NCBI RefSeq assembly: GCF_001194135.2 | Contig: NC_068988.1 | Coordinates: 88,560,179 to 88,593,028, forward strand | Direction: 5' to 3' | Length of the DNA stretch: 32,850 bases | From: Octopus bimaculoides | Lineage: Eukaryota | Shown here: positions 13,129 to 25,828 of the stretch, piece after piece | Numbering within the stretch: position 1 is the stretch's first letter | How the letters are laid out: each line of letters begins with the position of its first letter | Translations under genes and position numbers: made by a program | Notes under the pieces: generated by a model | Databases searched by the model: none | Told to the model about the DNA's origin: nothing | Seen by the model: the letters and a program-made list of their open reading frames with translations, nothing else

Positions 13129-13663
13129 TTGCCCTGATGCAGTACTCAACAGTGCCTGTCATGGGTTCTCAGCTTAACTGATTGGAAGTGTTATCATGTA
13201 CATTGTTTTGTCTTGGTATAAAAGATGGGCTACAGCAAATATTTTGATCAATACCACAGATTTGCTTGTCAGTTATTTGACCTTAAGCAGTTGAGCATAT
13301 CCCTTAGTGGCTAACGATATGTACATCTCTGATCACGAGCAGGAGTAGTAGGGGAGTATCATAGCCATGTGCTAAGAAGAATTCTTTGGGGTTTGGATAA
13401 TTCACCTTTGTAAACCTGTGTGTCTTTCAACAGCCTTATTCAGGGAGTTTTTGAGCCGGATGGGCTACACGACATGAAGAAAAATTCTAACTGGGCCCCA
13501 CCTGCGCTGTTTATCGTGATATAAGATCACCATGTTGCACACATTTGATTGTGATGCACGTGCCGGGTGTACTCTTATAAGGCGGGTAGTCAAGATGGGT
13601 ATACTGCGCTTCGTATATTTTACCCCAGTGTCACTTTGATGGCATGCACTGCTCTCTCACTCA
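13129..13663 (+). mobile_element. Non-coding retroelement 3' segment (family X) ending in an (AAT)n tail
   Basis: Ends ...gatggcatgcactgctctctcactc followed by (AAT)n. A second, shorter copy lies in the opposite orientation at 32236-32600. Clade assignment is not possible by eye. Confidence 0.75.
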
Positions 13664-13715
13664 ATAATAATAATAATAATAATAATAATGATAATAATAA
13701 TAATAATAATAATAA

Positions 13716-13913
13716 TAATCCGTTCTACTAAAGGCACAAGGCCTGAAATTTGGGGCAAGGGGGACTAGTCGATTACATCGTGCCCAGTAATAAATTAGTC
13801 GACCCCGAAACGATGAAACGCAAAGACGACTCCAGCGGAATTTGATCTCAGAACATAGCAACGGGAGACCACTAAGCATTTCGCCCGGCGTGCTAACGAT
13901 TCTGCCAGCTCGC
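13716..13913 (-). mobile_element. SINE family B, near full length
   Basis: Minus strand gcgagctggcagaatcgttagcacgccgggcgaaatgcttag...gatcaaattccgc...ttcatcgtttcggggtcga...gatgtaatcgactag...aaatttcaggccttgtgcc followed by an (ATT)n tail. Homologous to 26531, 27074 and 31568. Confidence 0.85.
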
Positions 13914-14454
13914 GGGTCGTGTTTGTAATGCTGAGTTTGTGTGTGTGTGTGTCGTCTGCAATGAGAACAGGGACAGTTTTCTCTATGAAGGCCTTTTTTT
14001 AGTCTATCCAATGATATAGTGTCTTTGCGACCATTAAGTTCTATAGGAAAAAATTTATTTGTGCGTTAAAGAAAACGGAAACGACCTGCATACGGTGCTG
14101 TTAACGGAGGTTTAACAACATCTTTGCGCAAAAAAAAAAACGTGAGTCCAAGAAGTAAAGCTTCCTTCCAGGCAGAGCTAGAAATGCAACTGTCAAGTAG
14201 ATAAGAGGCTTTAAACAGGAGCGATATATTCAAAGTTTGTAAAACTAAAAATTGTCGAGGATAAATTAAATTTATTATTGTTACTGAATATGTTAGTGTT
14301 ATTTAATTTCTGAACGGTTTTGCTGCCGTTTGTTTTTGTAGTTGATTTCTTTATCCACCAGTTTCTACTAAGATAGAGATGCGAGTAAAATTGATAATAG
14401 AGAAACGATAATGAAACTTTGCAAACAGCAACGCAGCCATAACTTACGTGTAAC

Positions 14455-14739
14455 CATGAGCGTTCTTTCAAGGGAGATAATCAGAGAAAACTTGAAGAAA
14501 GTCAACGTAAGATCGTAGTACTTCATATAAAGTAAATATACCAAATAATCCAGAATCATTATCCGATACCGGATCGATCCCAAAATCTAATCAGATCGTG
14601 GTAGTCAAGAGGTCAGGAGGTCAGGAGGTCAACCCTGAAACTATCATCGGAATCCATCCTGCGGTTCTTGAGATATCTTGTCCACGGACAAACGCTCAAA
14701 CACAACTGAAATCAATAAGTCCGCCTTCACTAAGCCGGA

Positions 14740-14746
<7 letters not shown>
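14455..14746 (-). mobile_element. Helentron-associated (HINE/DINE-1-like) non-autonomous element; inner boundary uncertain
   Basis: The terminus tacctccggcttagtgaaggcgga is an imperfect hairpin abutting (TAA)n. It is followed by tttgtccgtggacaagatatctcaagaacc...ggatggattcc...attagattttgggatcgatccgg, the layout I recall for DINE-like elements. Internal (ggaggtca) repeats. Confidence 0.5.
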
Positions 14747-14790
<44 letters not shown>

Positions 14791-14892
14791 TCTCATTTAT
14801 CTCTCACACAAACATAGTGTTAGTGTGTGTGTGTACACACACTAACACGCACGCAAACACACGCACACACACACACACACACACACATTATA

Positions 14893-15738
14893 CTAGGTGG
14901 TATCAAAAGATTCCCTGACTATTTTTAATAAAAACAAGTCATGTACCTAAGTTTTAATATCATCTTCTTCGAAATATTCATCTTGTGCAAGCAATACACC
15001 AGCGCCAGCATTCCTATCACAATTGGAATTCGTAAGTAAGTCGCGACTTTGTGAGATTCGCTCTGGATCTCGACAACCGTGTTAAAACGCCGACCTTTGT
15101 GCTACATTTTCAACTTGGGGAAGAGATCGAGGCCCACAGGTTCTAAATCAGACGAATATGGCGGGTGCGGAAGTGATATCATGTTGTTTTTGGTGAGAAA
15201 ATCACGAGTAAAGAGAGCTCTATGAAGGGCACAATTCTTCGCGCTCCACAGATCCGGTCGCTTTAGCTGAATGTCCTGTCTCAAACATTTCAAAACGTCG
15301 CAGTAGAACTCCTGATTGAGGATATCGCCCTGGATCACGAATTCTCGATGCAGATTACCACATTTGCGGGTGTGGTACTGGTGTCAAGATTTCCAGATCG
15401 CTAATTGTCTTCCAGGGACTTTCTTCTGAGACATTGCGTATGACCCATTACCCAATCGCCGTAAGCTTGCCGAAGCATGCTCAATGTCTCTCCAATAGAC
15501 TTCCCAAGTTTAACGCAAAATTTCACGCTCTTTGTTCATGTCCATGACAAAATCGCAGATCACTGTATACACCTAATTACAAAAACACAATCTTCATAAT
15601 TTACCTAATAAGCACAGCAATGTCACTCGGCACACTGCCTGATGACGTTCTCTGATAGCTCTCACTGTGCACACAACCTTGAGCTGCCATCAGTTGGCGC
15701 GCCAAAAAACTAGTCCGGGAACTTTTTGATACCACCTC

Positions 15739-15739
<1 letters not shown>
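14893..15739 (-). mobile_element. Internally deleted mariner (~850 bp) with both TIRs and TA flanks
   Basis: 29-bp TIRs at 14893-14921 and 15711-15739 (24/29 identical); TA at 14891-92 and 15740-41. N-terminus KFCVKLGKSIGETLSMLRQAYG (irritans-like). C-terminus NQEFYCDVLKCLRQDIQLKRPDLW...LPHPPYSSDL (YSPDL-like motif). The middle of the transposase is missing. Confidence 0.93.
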
Positions 15740-15769
<30 letters not shown>

Positions 15770-15802
15770 CATACATGGGCGTGTGTGAGAGAGTGTGTGT
15801 AT

Positions 15803-15835
<33 letters not shown>

Positions 15836-16937
15836 AGAGAGAGTGAGAGAGAGAGAGAGATAGGGTGTGTGTGTGTGTGTCTCATAAATCTGATAATTTT
15901 ACATTCTGTGTTTTGCTTAAGATCATTTACCGTACGATATAACAGACTATATTTCGCAAATGGTGAAATGTCTGTCAGCAATTTGTTTCCTAGGACGAAA
16001 TTTATTGCTGAAAATAAGTGACATGCTAAAGTAACTCTATGACTGCAAACTGAGCTACGGTAATGTAAGGGAAACTACCCAATCCAAAATTGTAGTAATT
16101 ATGGAGAAGATAACCCACGCAGCTTGTTAACTCTGTTGGATGATGATATGAATTTGCCTCATATTCGGACAACGGATGAGCTACGAACAAGGACAATTGG
16201 CTTATCAGTTGCACTGTGGATATTGCTTCTACAACTTACCAAAACTTACGCTCCGGATCGAAGATGTACCGTGTGCGTTTAAAATTCCAAGACGCAATTG
16301 AAAGATTTTTAATAAATATAAAATTTGACTTATGAGTAGAATGCTCATTTCTTTGGTTTGTAACACGCATGCAGATACGCACATATGCATATGCATATAT
16401 ATATCTATACATAATTGATTGGTAATGTCTACGTGTATGAATATTCTCATAGAGATAGATGTCTAAGTAAAGCCATTACTTTAAAACATTTAAGGAACAT
16501 TTTTTCGGTATTTCAAAGTGAATAGCGTTTATAAAATGGCGCCTAAGGAAGTAAAATGAACTCCGTAATTTATTTTTCACTACATACTTATTCGGATATC
16601 GTAGTAAGTTTTCAGGAGAACACTTAGACTTACACACGCACGCACAAACACACATATACGCAAAACATACATATATATGATTGTATATAAATATATATTG
16701 GATATATATTTATCTACAATGTATATTTTTATGCATATATATATATATATATATATATATGTATAAGTGTATATGTGTGTGTATATACATGTATATGTAT
16801 CATTGTGTGTATCTATCTATCTATATATATGTATATATATGTGTGTGTGTCTTCATGTTTTTATGTATATATGTATATAAATACATATATAAGCAAGCTA
16901 GTATATATTCATATATATATATACATATGTATGTACA

Positions 16938-16986
<49 letters not shown>

Positions 16987-18847
16987 CTATAGATACATAT
17001 ATATTTATATATATACGTACGCACACACACATGTACACACATAGATAGATACACAAACACACACATGTTAAAATCACTTGTATAAAGAGAGATACATATG
17101 CATATGTACATGCATTAAGCTTGTATATCGATTTTCTCCACAGGTTAATATCAGCAAATATGGCGTATTAATAACACTCGCTACCGCTGTCTAACGGGAA
17201 TGTCAGGTAGAGATATTGGTTTTCTCTGCTGCAAGTCTTTTGCAATGTCCGTGATTATGGTGCGATGTCTTGTAAACGTTATTAAAATCCGTGGTTTCAA
17301 CGTTCAAGCACATACATGCGTGTAAACATAAATTCGTACGTACATACATACGCATACATACTCACATACATGCTTCTATGTGTGTATGCGTGAATGTATG
17401 TGTGTCCGTATATCTATGTATATTTAGAAATATATATATATATATACGCACACACACACACACATATATATATATAGAGAAAGAGAGTGAGAGACAAAGA
17501 GACAGAGGGAACGATACACGCACACGTGCGCGCGCACACACGCACATACATATGTATACATGAGTATAAATTCATGATGTTTAAACACATATCGTTAGTA
17601 GTGGAGGTTGAGGTGTCAATGTTGCACGGGCATCTTGACCGTGTGTGAAACTATTACGATTCCTAACATTATAGTATTACACTCTTAAATTCGGAAGCCC
17701 TTGTTTATAAAAGTAAATATCTTATTACGTATTAGAATTATTTTCTTTACTCCAAATTATCATAATCATTATTCTTATTTTTCGCTACGAATACAGGAAT
17801 ACCAGCAACTGATCTTAAACCTGGTTTGTGCAAGTCAAAAAAATAGTTGATTCCACACACTTACAGATATGGAGACGGTTAACATGTCAGAAAGTCGCTT
17901 TCACTTTCAAAGCAAGTTTCACTGTCAGCTGACTTCACATGGGTCGCTGTGCCACCTTTATCATCGGGTAGAATACAATATTTTCCTCGTTATTTCTCTA
18001 GTGACTATTGCGAAAGAAATGCTGTAGATGCAGCCTAAATGATTGTCAAAGAAACGTTTGTTTTTAGTGAAGTCCTTTCATCGATTTTTACAAGGTCTGC
18101 ATAGAGTGGAAAAGGATGTTTAAGAGGAAGATGTTATTTTCCAACCAATTAATTCATGGATTACGTCGGTGAGAGTAGCATTTATACTCGATATGAGTAC
18201 ACTAGCTCTCGGCATAGCCTCTAAAGAAGCAGTCTAAGATGGTATAGAGTGATAGAGAAGAAAGAGTGAGTGCCATTGATTACCATAATACTCTTAAACC
18301 TTCGGGTTCCTTGAACTGCCCTCAGTCAAGTCTTGTGTGGATTATTCTTTTAATGCTCATATCAACCGGTATATTTCGGGCAATAGTATAGACATGGTCA
18401 CGTTATTGTTCAATCCTGGTGATATCATTAGACTACCGCGTACAGTTGTCTGTGATTTTGTTATATGCTGTGCCGTGTGTTTTCCGTTTCATAATTTTTA
18501 CAGTATGGAACTTCGCCCAATATAAAATAAAGCGTGCCCCACATAACGCTGCTGTTTTCTGTGTTATACAAACTTGTGAGGCATGTCATTGTGCTTTTTT
18601 ACTTAACTGCATGTTTTTTCATCGCTCACTTAATCACATGGTATTATGAGGATGGATTTTCTTTCATGGCACCACATGCAGTTTATGTCTAATTTTATAA
18701 TTTTTACACTTTTATTTACTTGATTTCTTCCACACTCCAAGTGATTACAGCATCATTTGATGGGATTCATCATTATCATCAGCAGCAGCATCGTCGTTGT
18801 CACAACCACCACCACCGCCGCCGCCATCACCACCACCGGATTCTTCG

Positions 18848-18959
18848 TCTTCTTCTTCTTCTTCTTCTTCTTCTTCTTCTTCTTCTTCTTCTTCTTCTTC
18901 TTCTTCTTCTTCTTCTTCTTCTTCTTCTTCTTCTTCTTCTTCTTCTTCTTCTTCTTCTT

Positions 18960-18989
<30 letters not shown>
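18848..18989. repeat. Pure (TTC)~47 tract within a compound CAT/CAG/CAC/CGC-TTC-TTA array
   Basis: Read directly from the sequence. Confidence 0.97.
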
Positions 18990-18990
<1 letters not shown>

Positions 18991-19707
18991 TTATTATTAT
19001 TATTGAAGCACGTTCGTAATTTAATATCATCAGTATAATTATGATCTTTCAAGCGCAACCGTTTATATAAGACAGTGCAGGATTTTATTTATCAAGGGGT
19101 TAACAACGAATGAAAGTTAATATTTCATTAACGGAAAGTTTATAAACGTGTGTGCGAGTTGGGAGAGGTGCATGTAATGTGCGCATGCAATTATAACATT
19201 TAAGAAATTTATGCCTCCAAGAAAATATAACCACATTACGCCACTACGCACAAACACACACACACAAGGACAAACACAAGGACACACACAAGGACACACA
19301 CACGCACTCACATACACACAAGTTTATATATCATACGTACCTCGAAAAAGTCCACATCCTTACTGACATACACCCCCGTATACACGCACTCATACGCGCA
19401 CACACACACGCACACCCGTACACACGCTCTTACACACACTTATATACACACCTAAACGCATTGGTAGATATACAGTGACACACACGCACACATACATACG
19501 TCACCTACACTCTCGAAACCACGTTGATCTAATGCTCAATCGCTACCGCCATAGAGTAGCGCTACTAACCAGTTATCCAATCACATAAACAGAAAGACCC
19601 GCACACATGTATGAACAACCCTCGCACCATTCCCTCATATAAATTACTGCACTACACCCGCATCCGCAGCTGCACACACACACCAAAGCATATACACTGC
19701 ACACGCA

Positions 19708-19852
19708 AAATGGCTTATCTAAGAGAGACGGAAATCTCTTGTCTGCGTTTGTTTTAACAATTTGGGAGAAATGGGGACGAACCAAATGATTTTCTTTGGT
19801 CTGTGCTTAGGTCTATTTTTTATGATTTACATTTTTACTAGATAACAAGTGA
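19708..19852 (-). mobile_element. Penelope-like element fragment (RT-endonuclease linker), inverted segment
   Basis: Minus strand NRPKHRPKKIIWF, then after a frameshift PHFSQIVKTNADKRFPSLLDKPF. This matches the PLE motif RKIIWFNPPFSxxVKTNIGxxFLxLLDKHF. Confidence 0.75.
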
Positions 19853-20460
19853 TTCCTTTTTGCTCTTAAATAAGCATTTCCTAGAAAATCACGAGTACAG
19901 AAAGATCTTTAACAAACGCTCGATGAAATTATCGTGTAGCTGCTACCCCAGTATTTAGAAAAACATTACAATTAAACACCACAAGAGCTCACACCCAGTT
20001 GTAACTTCCGAGATGCTGGAGGTTACCCACTTGGCCAGGAATGCACGATAAACACCGCTGTATGAGTCAGAAGTTACAGAAACGCTATATCATAATCTAA
20101 CCGAAAAGAAAAAAAATGCTATGGAAACCATCTATCTTGGACAAAAATAAAGCCGTGGAACGTCGTAAAAAATGTCCATACCATTCGTTAATGTATATAA
20201 GAAATGCAACTTAAACGTAGCTAAAACATTGCATATCCTTCAAGATCTAAGAATTCCACCGCACTTTTGAATTACAGATCAGAAATTGTCAGTTAATACA
20301 AACATACGGACAAGTTTCTTTTGGCGAATTGGAGATGCTCACCCTCTCTAGATTGAGCAGCTGTATTGCGGACTTTAGACCTTCTCCGCTGATTCTACAC
20401 CAACTAGCATTATTATGGTTTCGTGTTCAAAGCAGACAAAACTGTATTTCTTACTTTTTG
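19853..20460 (+). mobile_element. Penelope-like element fragment (linker plus GIY-YIG endonuclease), decayed
   Basis: LLNKHFLENHEYRKIFNKRSMKLSCSC, CNFRDAGGYPLGQEC (CNCR..CPL.G.C motif, 20000-20044), LYESEV and IYLG (20130-20141), with stops and frameshifts. The 3' boundary is approximate. Confidence 0.85.
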
Positions 20461-20692
20461 GCTATATATATGTATATATATTTATATATATATGTACATG
20501 TATGTATGTATGTATGTATGCATGTATGTATGTATGTATGTATGTATGATTCTGTGTGTGTGTGTGTGTGCATGTATGTATGCAGGTACGTATGTGTGTT
20601 TGTATATATATACATATGTATGCATGTTTGTATATATACATATATATAACTATATATTTCTCTGTCTGTCTCTCTTCCCCCCTTCTCTCTCT

Positions 20693-20730
<38 letters not shown>

Positions 20731-20834
20731 CTTTGTTAAGATTCGGTCTGAAGTGGTCAAGGCCATAATTTACTTAGTAACACTACCTGAAAGAGACATT
20801 TAAATGTTTCATATTACAGTCATTCTTTTGGCAC

Positions 20835-21540
20835 CAGTGCCGTTCGAGCACAGAATTATTGCTTGATGTGATGTATACGGCTTAGGTGGTTTATCTGGAA
20901 CTTGCTGGTGGTATTCGTCCCGCAACCCTCTGAATGTTATGAAATCTTTTTCTTCTTTTGTGTGCCTTGGCATGATGTTGATGTGATATATTCTTAGTTT
21001 TATGGTGTAACGGAAGCATGATTTTTGTAGCTGGCTGATGACATGGTGTAAAACCTTGGGTGAATTTTAAAGTTGATGCCAATATCATGTGGGTACTGCT
21101 GTCGGGCTATTTTCTATATCATATAAATGATATATCACTCACTCACTCAAGGTGGAGAAGAGAACAGTAGTGGTATAAGCGTCTCTACACCAAGCAGTCT
21201 TGAGGATCCAGGCGCATATTCTGTTGGTTATACAAACTGTATTGTTAATGTCGACACTCCAGCTTAAATTGTTTTCGACAGTTACTCTGTGCCTCCACTA
21301 GCGTTTTTTTATGTTACGAGGTTTTCGCCCGAGGTAAGAGTGTATGGTAGTTTAAGTGAAACCTCTTTACCGAAGTGGATGACTCTATAAATATACTTCC
21401 CTTTAACTGCATCCTTTTTAGTACCCGTTGGACAACAGCGAGCATAACCGTGATAAGCTTAGTCCGGTCTCCAACCGCCGTTTTTTTGACGATGTCAATA
21501 CGGTTTCGTAACACGAATAAGGTTCGTAAGAAGAATTCAT
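20835..21540 (-). mobile_element. CR1/L2-group LINE ORF2 3' fragment with an internal deletion
   Basis: GDRTKLI (ADDTKL-like), VIHFGK...YTL, NLSWSVDINNTVCITNRICAWILKTAWCRD...LFSTL. It then jumps to IIYMI*KI...YPHDIGINFKIHPR and ends MPRHTKEEKDFITF...QVPDKP. Confidence 0.75.
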
Positions 21541-23339
21541 ATGATTGTTCCTTTACTCATATTCAGGTACAGAGGATTTTCGTATTTTCTACCGAAATGA
21601 AAAGAAGAGAAATAAAATAGAATAAAATAAAATATTTGCGTCGTTCCATTGAACAAATTTGATGAACGCTTGAGAATCGTTCGGCATCAGGCGTTCTCAG
21701 GTGTTACATAAATACGTTATATTTGCGAATGTATTTATGTCTGTGTGTATTCTGCAAAAGTTTGAAAACGATGTTCATTCAACTTATGATTCTTTAAAAC
21801 ATTTTTTAATATTCACTTTCTGCACCTACCTCCTTCTTCAATACCAAAGGAATTTTAAACTTTGATGTTAAACACATGTTTTCCATGACAGATAACTGAA
21901 TATTTTGACATATCTAGAGAACAGTCTTGTTCTTTACCCTCTCTAGTTCCGTAAAGCTTTTAATTTAAAATCTCGCAAAATCAGATGATCCATCATTGTG
22001 GCTCCACATACATAATATTGAAAACCATGCTTCACAGAGTGTATAATCGTGTTTTAGAATAATTAAAAAAAAACAGCCTTAATCAGTTTTTAGAATCTGT
22101 AAAAATTCTGAGTAGGTGCCTAACTGACAAGCATTTAAGTAGCTCTCACGTAAATAGAACTGTTGCAGATATTACCACACATAAACGTGCAGACACATGC
22201 ACACATACTCACATTTATAGACACACACAGACGCCCGCACAAATGTTGTAGAAAGCATAAAAAGGTCACTCGGTGACGTATTGACAAAAAATCATCAAAA
22301 TACACAATCCTCTAGTTCACAGACATGTCGTGGGTTTTTTTTTGTGTCTGCGAAGGTTATGATGCATGCTTCTATGCAGGAGCTAGTTAAATAGTATTTC
22401 TATGCTGTCACATCCGACCAACACACCTCAAGGCATCTGCACCCTATTATTCAATCAAAAGATCAACTGTGAAAACATGATCTGTCCTAAAAGATCTTTA
22501 AGCTAAATATATATAAGCTAAACAGGAAGCCTTACAAACAAAGCCAGTAGAAATCATGGATGTAGTATTAATATGGGGTCAAAGGTGAGATATGTCAAAA
22601 CAAAAACGACGATGACGGAAGCAATACAAACAAGGAGGACAAAACCAAGAAGAACTGTGTCTCATCTCTCAGATTGCCCATTTAAATAATAAAATAAATC
22701 TTTATTAGTATATTATTATGATTTTGGCAGAATTCAGCACGCATCAGCAAATACATTGCCCATTTCTATAGGAAAAGCCAGTCCTCTTGTTAGATTCATT
22801 GGTTCGGGATAACTTTTATAAACGACGTACGAATGTCGTTACAACGTACTACAGTATCCAGTGCTCTTACATCAATGAATCGCACGGGGTAATTTCGAAC
22901 GTGAATATTTGATGTTATGAACACACATGTTTTAAAGGGAGCAGATGTCCTGTGATAACAAATAACAAAATCAACCACGTTATTTATGTTGGAATATGCC
23001 AGAACATATTTAAAATTAATAGATACTATATTGATTAGATCTTCGCTGTTCTGCTTACCGCTCATGAATTATTAATAAATCAAACCTCAAAACAGCACAA
23101 GTTTAGAAGTTCCTGTCTTTAATCACTTGTACAAGTTATTATTAGCGTCCCTAATCCAAACTTGCCTTTGATTTTGGAATAATAGCAAATCATAAGAGCG
23201 AAACAAAAACAAATAGTTAATATAAATTGCATAAATATGATTATATCTGTATTGGGCGAAGATTGAATAAATTTGAAAACATATATCAGCCACTATCTTT
23301 TCTCCACAAACATTTTATTGAATTGTCGAATGTAAAATC

Positions 23340-23720
23340 TAAGCGACAGTTGATTCGGAATGTTACGGTGTGCGACATTTTGAAGAAATAACTTAAAATG
23401 CAGAAATAGCCTTCACATTGATGAAGTGACAAACCGTGGGTAGCAAGCCTGAACCTTAGTAAGTGTCTCCCCAGAAAGACTAAGGCTTGAACAGTGTACA
23501 AGAAATAAACGCAGTGAAAGCGGGTTAAAATATATGGAGAAACTATATTGCCATGTTTCAAGCTGAAGATCAACTCAGAGAATATGATCCGTCCTAAAAA
23601 AAGACTTTTACGTATGTTAGATATACCAAACGAGGACGAAGCTTTGCAAACCAGGCCACCCGACATTCTGGATATATCAAGAGCAAAATGTCACCCGATA
23701 TATCAAGAGCAAAATGTCTC
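23340..23720 (+). mobile_element. Heavily decayed RTE-like LINE fragment (region after the RT domain)
   Basis: Across frames: EEIT..NAEIAF, KTK..VYK, IYGET, KRLLRMLDI.NEDEAL. The order resembles RTE ORF (RI..A..AF / TK..VY / LYG.ETW / LR.IL.I...NEEVL). A 22-bp direct repeat lies at 23671 and 23697. Confidence 0.45.
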
Positions 23721-23804
23721 TAAACAGCATTAGCATCAGCCAAAAGAGGAAAAACGGAAACAATAAGAACAACGATAACACTATCTGAAGCTGGCATCAG
23801 TTGT

Positions 23805-24035
23805 CTTTAGTTTTAAACAAAGCGTAATATTAATGGCATATAGATGAACAATTATATTTTATAGTACAGTACACTGGTAGACAATATCGATGGATATGGT
23901 TGTTACTGAAAAATCATAGAATGTAAATGTGTGTGCGTGTGTATGTGTGTGAGTGTATGTGTGTGTTTGTGTAGAACGCAATACAATATAACTTAGCTCA
24001 TTGTGTCCTTACATGTTCCGGAAAATGTAAGCTAT
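23805..24035 (+). repeat. Local duplication, copy 1
   Basis: ctttagttttaaacaaagcgtaatattaat...(TG)n...tgttccggaaaatgtaagctat recurs at 26638-26842. Confidence 0.93.
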
Positions 24036-24186
24036 CATTCAGTCTTACTAACACACACACGCTCGAGCACAGATATATATGTGTATATGTGCCTATGTAA
24101 TCATACATGCAAGCATATATACATAGACAAAACTATATTACGTATGTATGAATTTATGAATCTGCATATATATATATATATATATT

Positions 24187-24237
<51 letters not shown>

Positions 24238-24327
24238 GTAGGTAGGTAAGATTGGTAGGTAAGTTATAGACCACCTCTGGCTCATTGCGGAAAATTATTG
24301 CATCCGGCATAAAAGGTTCAAAGACCA

Positions 24328-24360
24328 TGTTGACCTCAGCGGGATTTGAACTTAGAATTC
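24328..24360 (-). mobile_element. Short SINE family B fragment
   Basis: gttgacctcagcgggatttgaacttagaa is the reverse complement of the family B B-box region. Confidence 0.5.
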
Positions 24361-25148
24361 TGAAGTAAATTACCAGAACATAAAAAATGGAAATGAAGAC
24401 ATAAACAGATAAATAAATTAATATAATTCATTAGAGGAAGGGATGAATGTATTCTATAAAATCATTTTTGGAATATGAAATTCCGACGTAATTTTCCTAT
24501 TTGTCTTATGTATCGAAAGAACTGGAGAACCGAGAATTTGTGATATTCATGCCATTCCGTTAAAGGAATATCAGTGTAAAGTTAGATGAATTCACTTCAA
24601 ACAGAAACGAAAACCACATGAAATTAGATCAGAGGGTTAAATAGGAAAGACTGAATCTATGCCGTTTGATCTATCTAGGAAGTTATAGAGGGTGATATTA
24701 AACTGATATCATAGGAGTCCATCTCTTTCATGATTGCTACAAAGGGAAAAATATGTGGGATATGATTGGTTGGTGAAAAGGAAATAGATGGCGCTCTCTA
24801 TTCTTTCGTCTTTCAACGACTTGAATTCTATCGAAATGACCAAAGATCAATGAAATATTTTTCTTTAAAACTTTGATCTAATATCGTTACTAGAAGAGAT
24901 CACCAATGGGAATATATAGTCAGATATATTCCCTCCATGATTCTCTCTATATATCACGCTATCTCACTCTCTCGCACTTCTCTTGCTGTCTTTCTTGCCC
25001 TCTCTCTCTCTCCTCATTTTCTTACACACAGACACATACACACATAAACACATACACACATCAGAAGGAACATCCGCATTTAGCACGCGAACGTATTTCT
25101 TTCGCGCTCTCTCTCTATCTATCTTGCTATCTCCTTCTCTTTCTCTTC

Positions 25149-25181
<33 letters not shown>

Positions 25182-25555
25182 GCTATATATATATATATAT
25201 ATATATATATGCATATACATATACATATATACTTATACACTTCTATATATATGTCCATGTATACGGATGTATATATTTATATATATAATAAAATATATGT
25301 GAGTGCATACACGTTCTTACACACCTAGAAATATATAATTCACATGGACATACAAACATACACACACATATAGCAGAAGAGAAAGACGTACAAATGTATT
25401 CTACATAGATACATGCACATACACACATACATAATACATCCATAAATGTATATGTCCATATATATATATATATACATATATAAACACACTAATATATATA
25501 TGCACACACATATCTCTCTCTCACTCTCTGTCTCTGTTTGTCTGTCTGTCTGTCT

Positions 25556-25612
<57 letters not shown>

Positions 25613-25741
25613 TAAACACACTAATATATATATGCACATATTTTCTGCTTGTATTTGTCTGTCTGTATATCGGCCTGCCTGTCAGTGTATCTACCTGTCT
25701 CTCTGTCTGCCTGTCTGTGTATGTGTTTGTTTGTGTGTGTG

Positions 25742-25794
<53 letters not shown>

Positions 25795-25795
25795 G

Positions 25796-25828
<33 letters not shown>

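Noticed and set aside
14372-14506. Exon-like segment (AG acceptor, open frame RDASKIDNRETIMKLCKQQRSHNLRV..., GTAAGA donor)
   Set aside because: No recognisable protein, and it overlaps the probable HINE-like element on the other strand.
16069-16290. ~72-codon open frame (NYPIQNCSNYGEDNPRSLL...)
   Set aside because: The short resemblance to the QNCRxWGxENP transposase motif does not continue, and there is no start or splice context.
22872-23056. Minus-strand GTAAG...CAG intron-like stretch of about 110 nt and a 79-nt candidate exon (TSAPFKTCVFITSNIHVRNYPVRFID)
   Set aside because: The splice signals are plausible, but the upstream exon has stops in all frames I tried and the peptide is unrecognisable. 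It needs RNA-seq.
23286-23666. 126-aa minus-strand ORF
   Set aside because: It is antisense to the RTE-like relic and has no recognisable domain.
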